This document shows positions 63,208-64,000 of a stretch of 64,000 nucleotides of DNA, piece after piece. Under the pieces are notes generated by a model. That model was given only the letters and a program-made list of their open reading frames with translations, ran no database searches and had not been told where the DNA came from. This stretch comes from an uncultured Pseudomonadota bacterium (lineage in GTDB: Bacteria; Pseudomonadota; Gammaproteobacteria; Burkholderiales; SG8-39). Position 1 is the stretch's first letter; every line of letters begins with the position of its first letter. The DNA is taken from contig CAIXPL010000028.1 in assembly GCA_903921325.1 (NCBI GenBank), forward strand, positions 9,829 through 73,828, given 5' to 3'. The position numbers and the translations under genes were made by a program.

Positions 63208-64000
63208 ATGACAGAACCGACCATTACTTGCCCCAACTGCCGGACTGCGATCCCGCTGACGGAATCGCTGGCCGCACCGTTGCTTGCGGCCACGCGACGA
63301 CAGTTCGAACAGCAAATCTCACAGAAAGACGCAGAGATCGCCTCGCGTGAGCAGGGCGTTCGCAACAAGGAGAGAGACCTCGTCGCGGCGCAACGAACCC
63401 TGGACACGCAAATTGCCGAAAAAGTAGAGGCGCAGCTCAAGTCAGAGCGCGCCGGCGTAGCGGCGGAAGAAGCGCGCAAGGCAAAGCTCGCCACTGCCGC
63501 CGAGCTCGATGCAAAAGCCCGTGAGCTACAGGATCTCCAGGAGTTGTTCAAGGCGCGCGAGGCGAAGCTGGCCGAAGCCCAGAAGGCCCAGGCTGAATTG
63601 CTCAAGAAGCAGCGCGAGCTGGACGACGCCCGGCGCGAGCTGGACCTGACGGTTGAGAAACGCGTGCAGGAAGGACTTGGCGAAGTGCGCGCCACGGCCA
63701 AGCGCGAGGCTGAGGACGGTCTGCGTTTGAAAGTCCTGGAAAAGGATCAAACGATCGCCTCAATGCAGCAGAAAATCGAAGAGTTGAAGCAAAAGGCTGA
63801 ACAAGGCTCACAGCAGCTGCATGGCGAAGTGCAGGAACTGGAACTGGAAAATCTGCTGCGCCTGAAATTTCCGTTCGACTCGATCGAACCGGTCGCAAAA
63901 GGGGAATTCGGTGGCGACGTGCTGCAACGGGTGGTCAGCCAAACCGGCCAGCCCAGTGGCGCCATCCTGTGGGAATCCAAGCGCACCAAGAACTGGAGCG
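63208..64000 (+). CDS. DUF2130-family protein (N-terminal CPNC motif, long coiled coil, beginning of a PD-(D/E)xK-like core); 3' end runs off the window
   Basis: Absent from the ORF track (open at the window end). Manual translation from ATG 63208 gives MTEPTITCPNCRTAIPLTESLAAPLL.., then ~190 aa of E/K/A/Q-rich coiled coil, then ..LRLKFPFDSIEPVAKGEFGGDVLQRVVSQTGQPSGAILWESKRTKNWS. Confidence 0.7.
   Translation, partial: MTEPTITCPNCRTAIPLTESLAAPLLAATRRQFEQQISQKDAEIASREQGVRNKERDLVAAQRTLDTQIAEKVEAQLKSERAGVAAEEARKAKLATAAELDAKARELQDLQELFKAREAKLAEAQKAQAELLKKQRELDDARRELDLTVEKRVQEGLGEVRATAKREAEDGLRLKVLEKDQTIASMQQKIEELKQKAEQGSQQLHGEVQELELENLLRLKFPFDSIEPVAKGEFGGDVLQRVVSQTGQPSGAILWESKRTKNWS

Noticed and set aside
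1-64000. Search for tRNA/rRNA genes, IS elements, integrases, prophage genes, toxin-antitoxin pairs and secondary-metabolite megasynthases
   Set aside because: No intergenic gap exceeds ~320 bp, and none shows tRNA-like cloverleaf arms or transposase/integrase motifs. All long ORFs are accounted for by the enzyme, transport and chaperone genes listed.

Overview
High-GC, gene-dense window of about 60 CDS, with almost no gap longer than 300 bp. Seven Bug/TctC-type periplasmic binding-protein paralogues, two Rieske oxygenases, CoA-transferase/MaoC/acyl-CoA-ligase genes, FeoAB and CbpAM point to a Burkholderiales-like chromosome or chromid arm devoted to accessory catabolism. This taxonomic guess is inference only. 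I found no rRNA, tRNA, CRISPR array, intact transposase/integrase or classical HTH transcription factor. Gene order from the left: a partial egtB preceded by a class-V PLP enzyme, then an orphan ParA-type ATPase with a Lys/Ala-rich ribbon-helix-helix-like partner flanked by repeat structures. Next come a tph-like Rieske alpha/beta + PdxA-type dehydrogenase block with Bug binding proteins, and a Fur-box-controlled feoAB locus. Then uraH, and a Tat-exported FMN alpha-hydroxy-acid oxidase followed by a PAL-like NHL propeller. A seven-gene minus-strand run (two Hsp20, HlyD, double ATPase, two ABC-2 permeases, NodT outer-membrane factor) is divergent from cbpA-cbpM, with paired sigma32-like promoters between them. 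Several further catabolic blocks follow (CoA transferase, LLM oxidoreductase, LigB-LigA fused dioxygenase, FMN dehydrogenase, MaoC, acyl-CoA synthetase, second Rieske alpha, creatininase/CMD/2OG oxygenase). The right end holds a lower-GC islet with a TfoX fragment, then a truncated GmrSD-type (DUF1524) remnant next to a DUF2130 gene that runs off the window. Two edge genes (egtB, DUF2130) are missing from the supplied ORF track and were found by manual translation. Many listed ORFs are antisense shadows or carry over-long N-termini, and those starts were re-set using SD sites and signal peptides. The strongest novelty leads are the ParF/ParG-like cassette with its repeat arrays, the periplasmic FMN-oxidase/PAL-like pair, the sHSP-headed ABC exporter operon and the decayed defence locus at the right edge. 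All functional calls rest on motifs I recognise by eye; no database search was possible.
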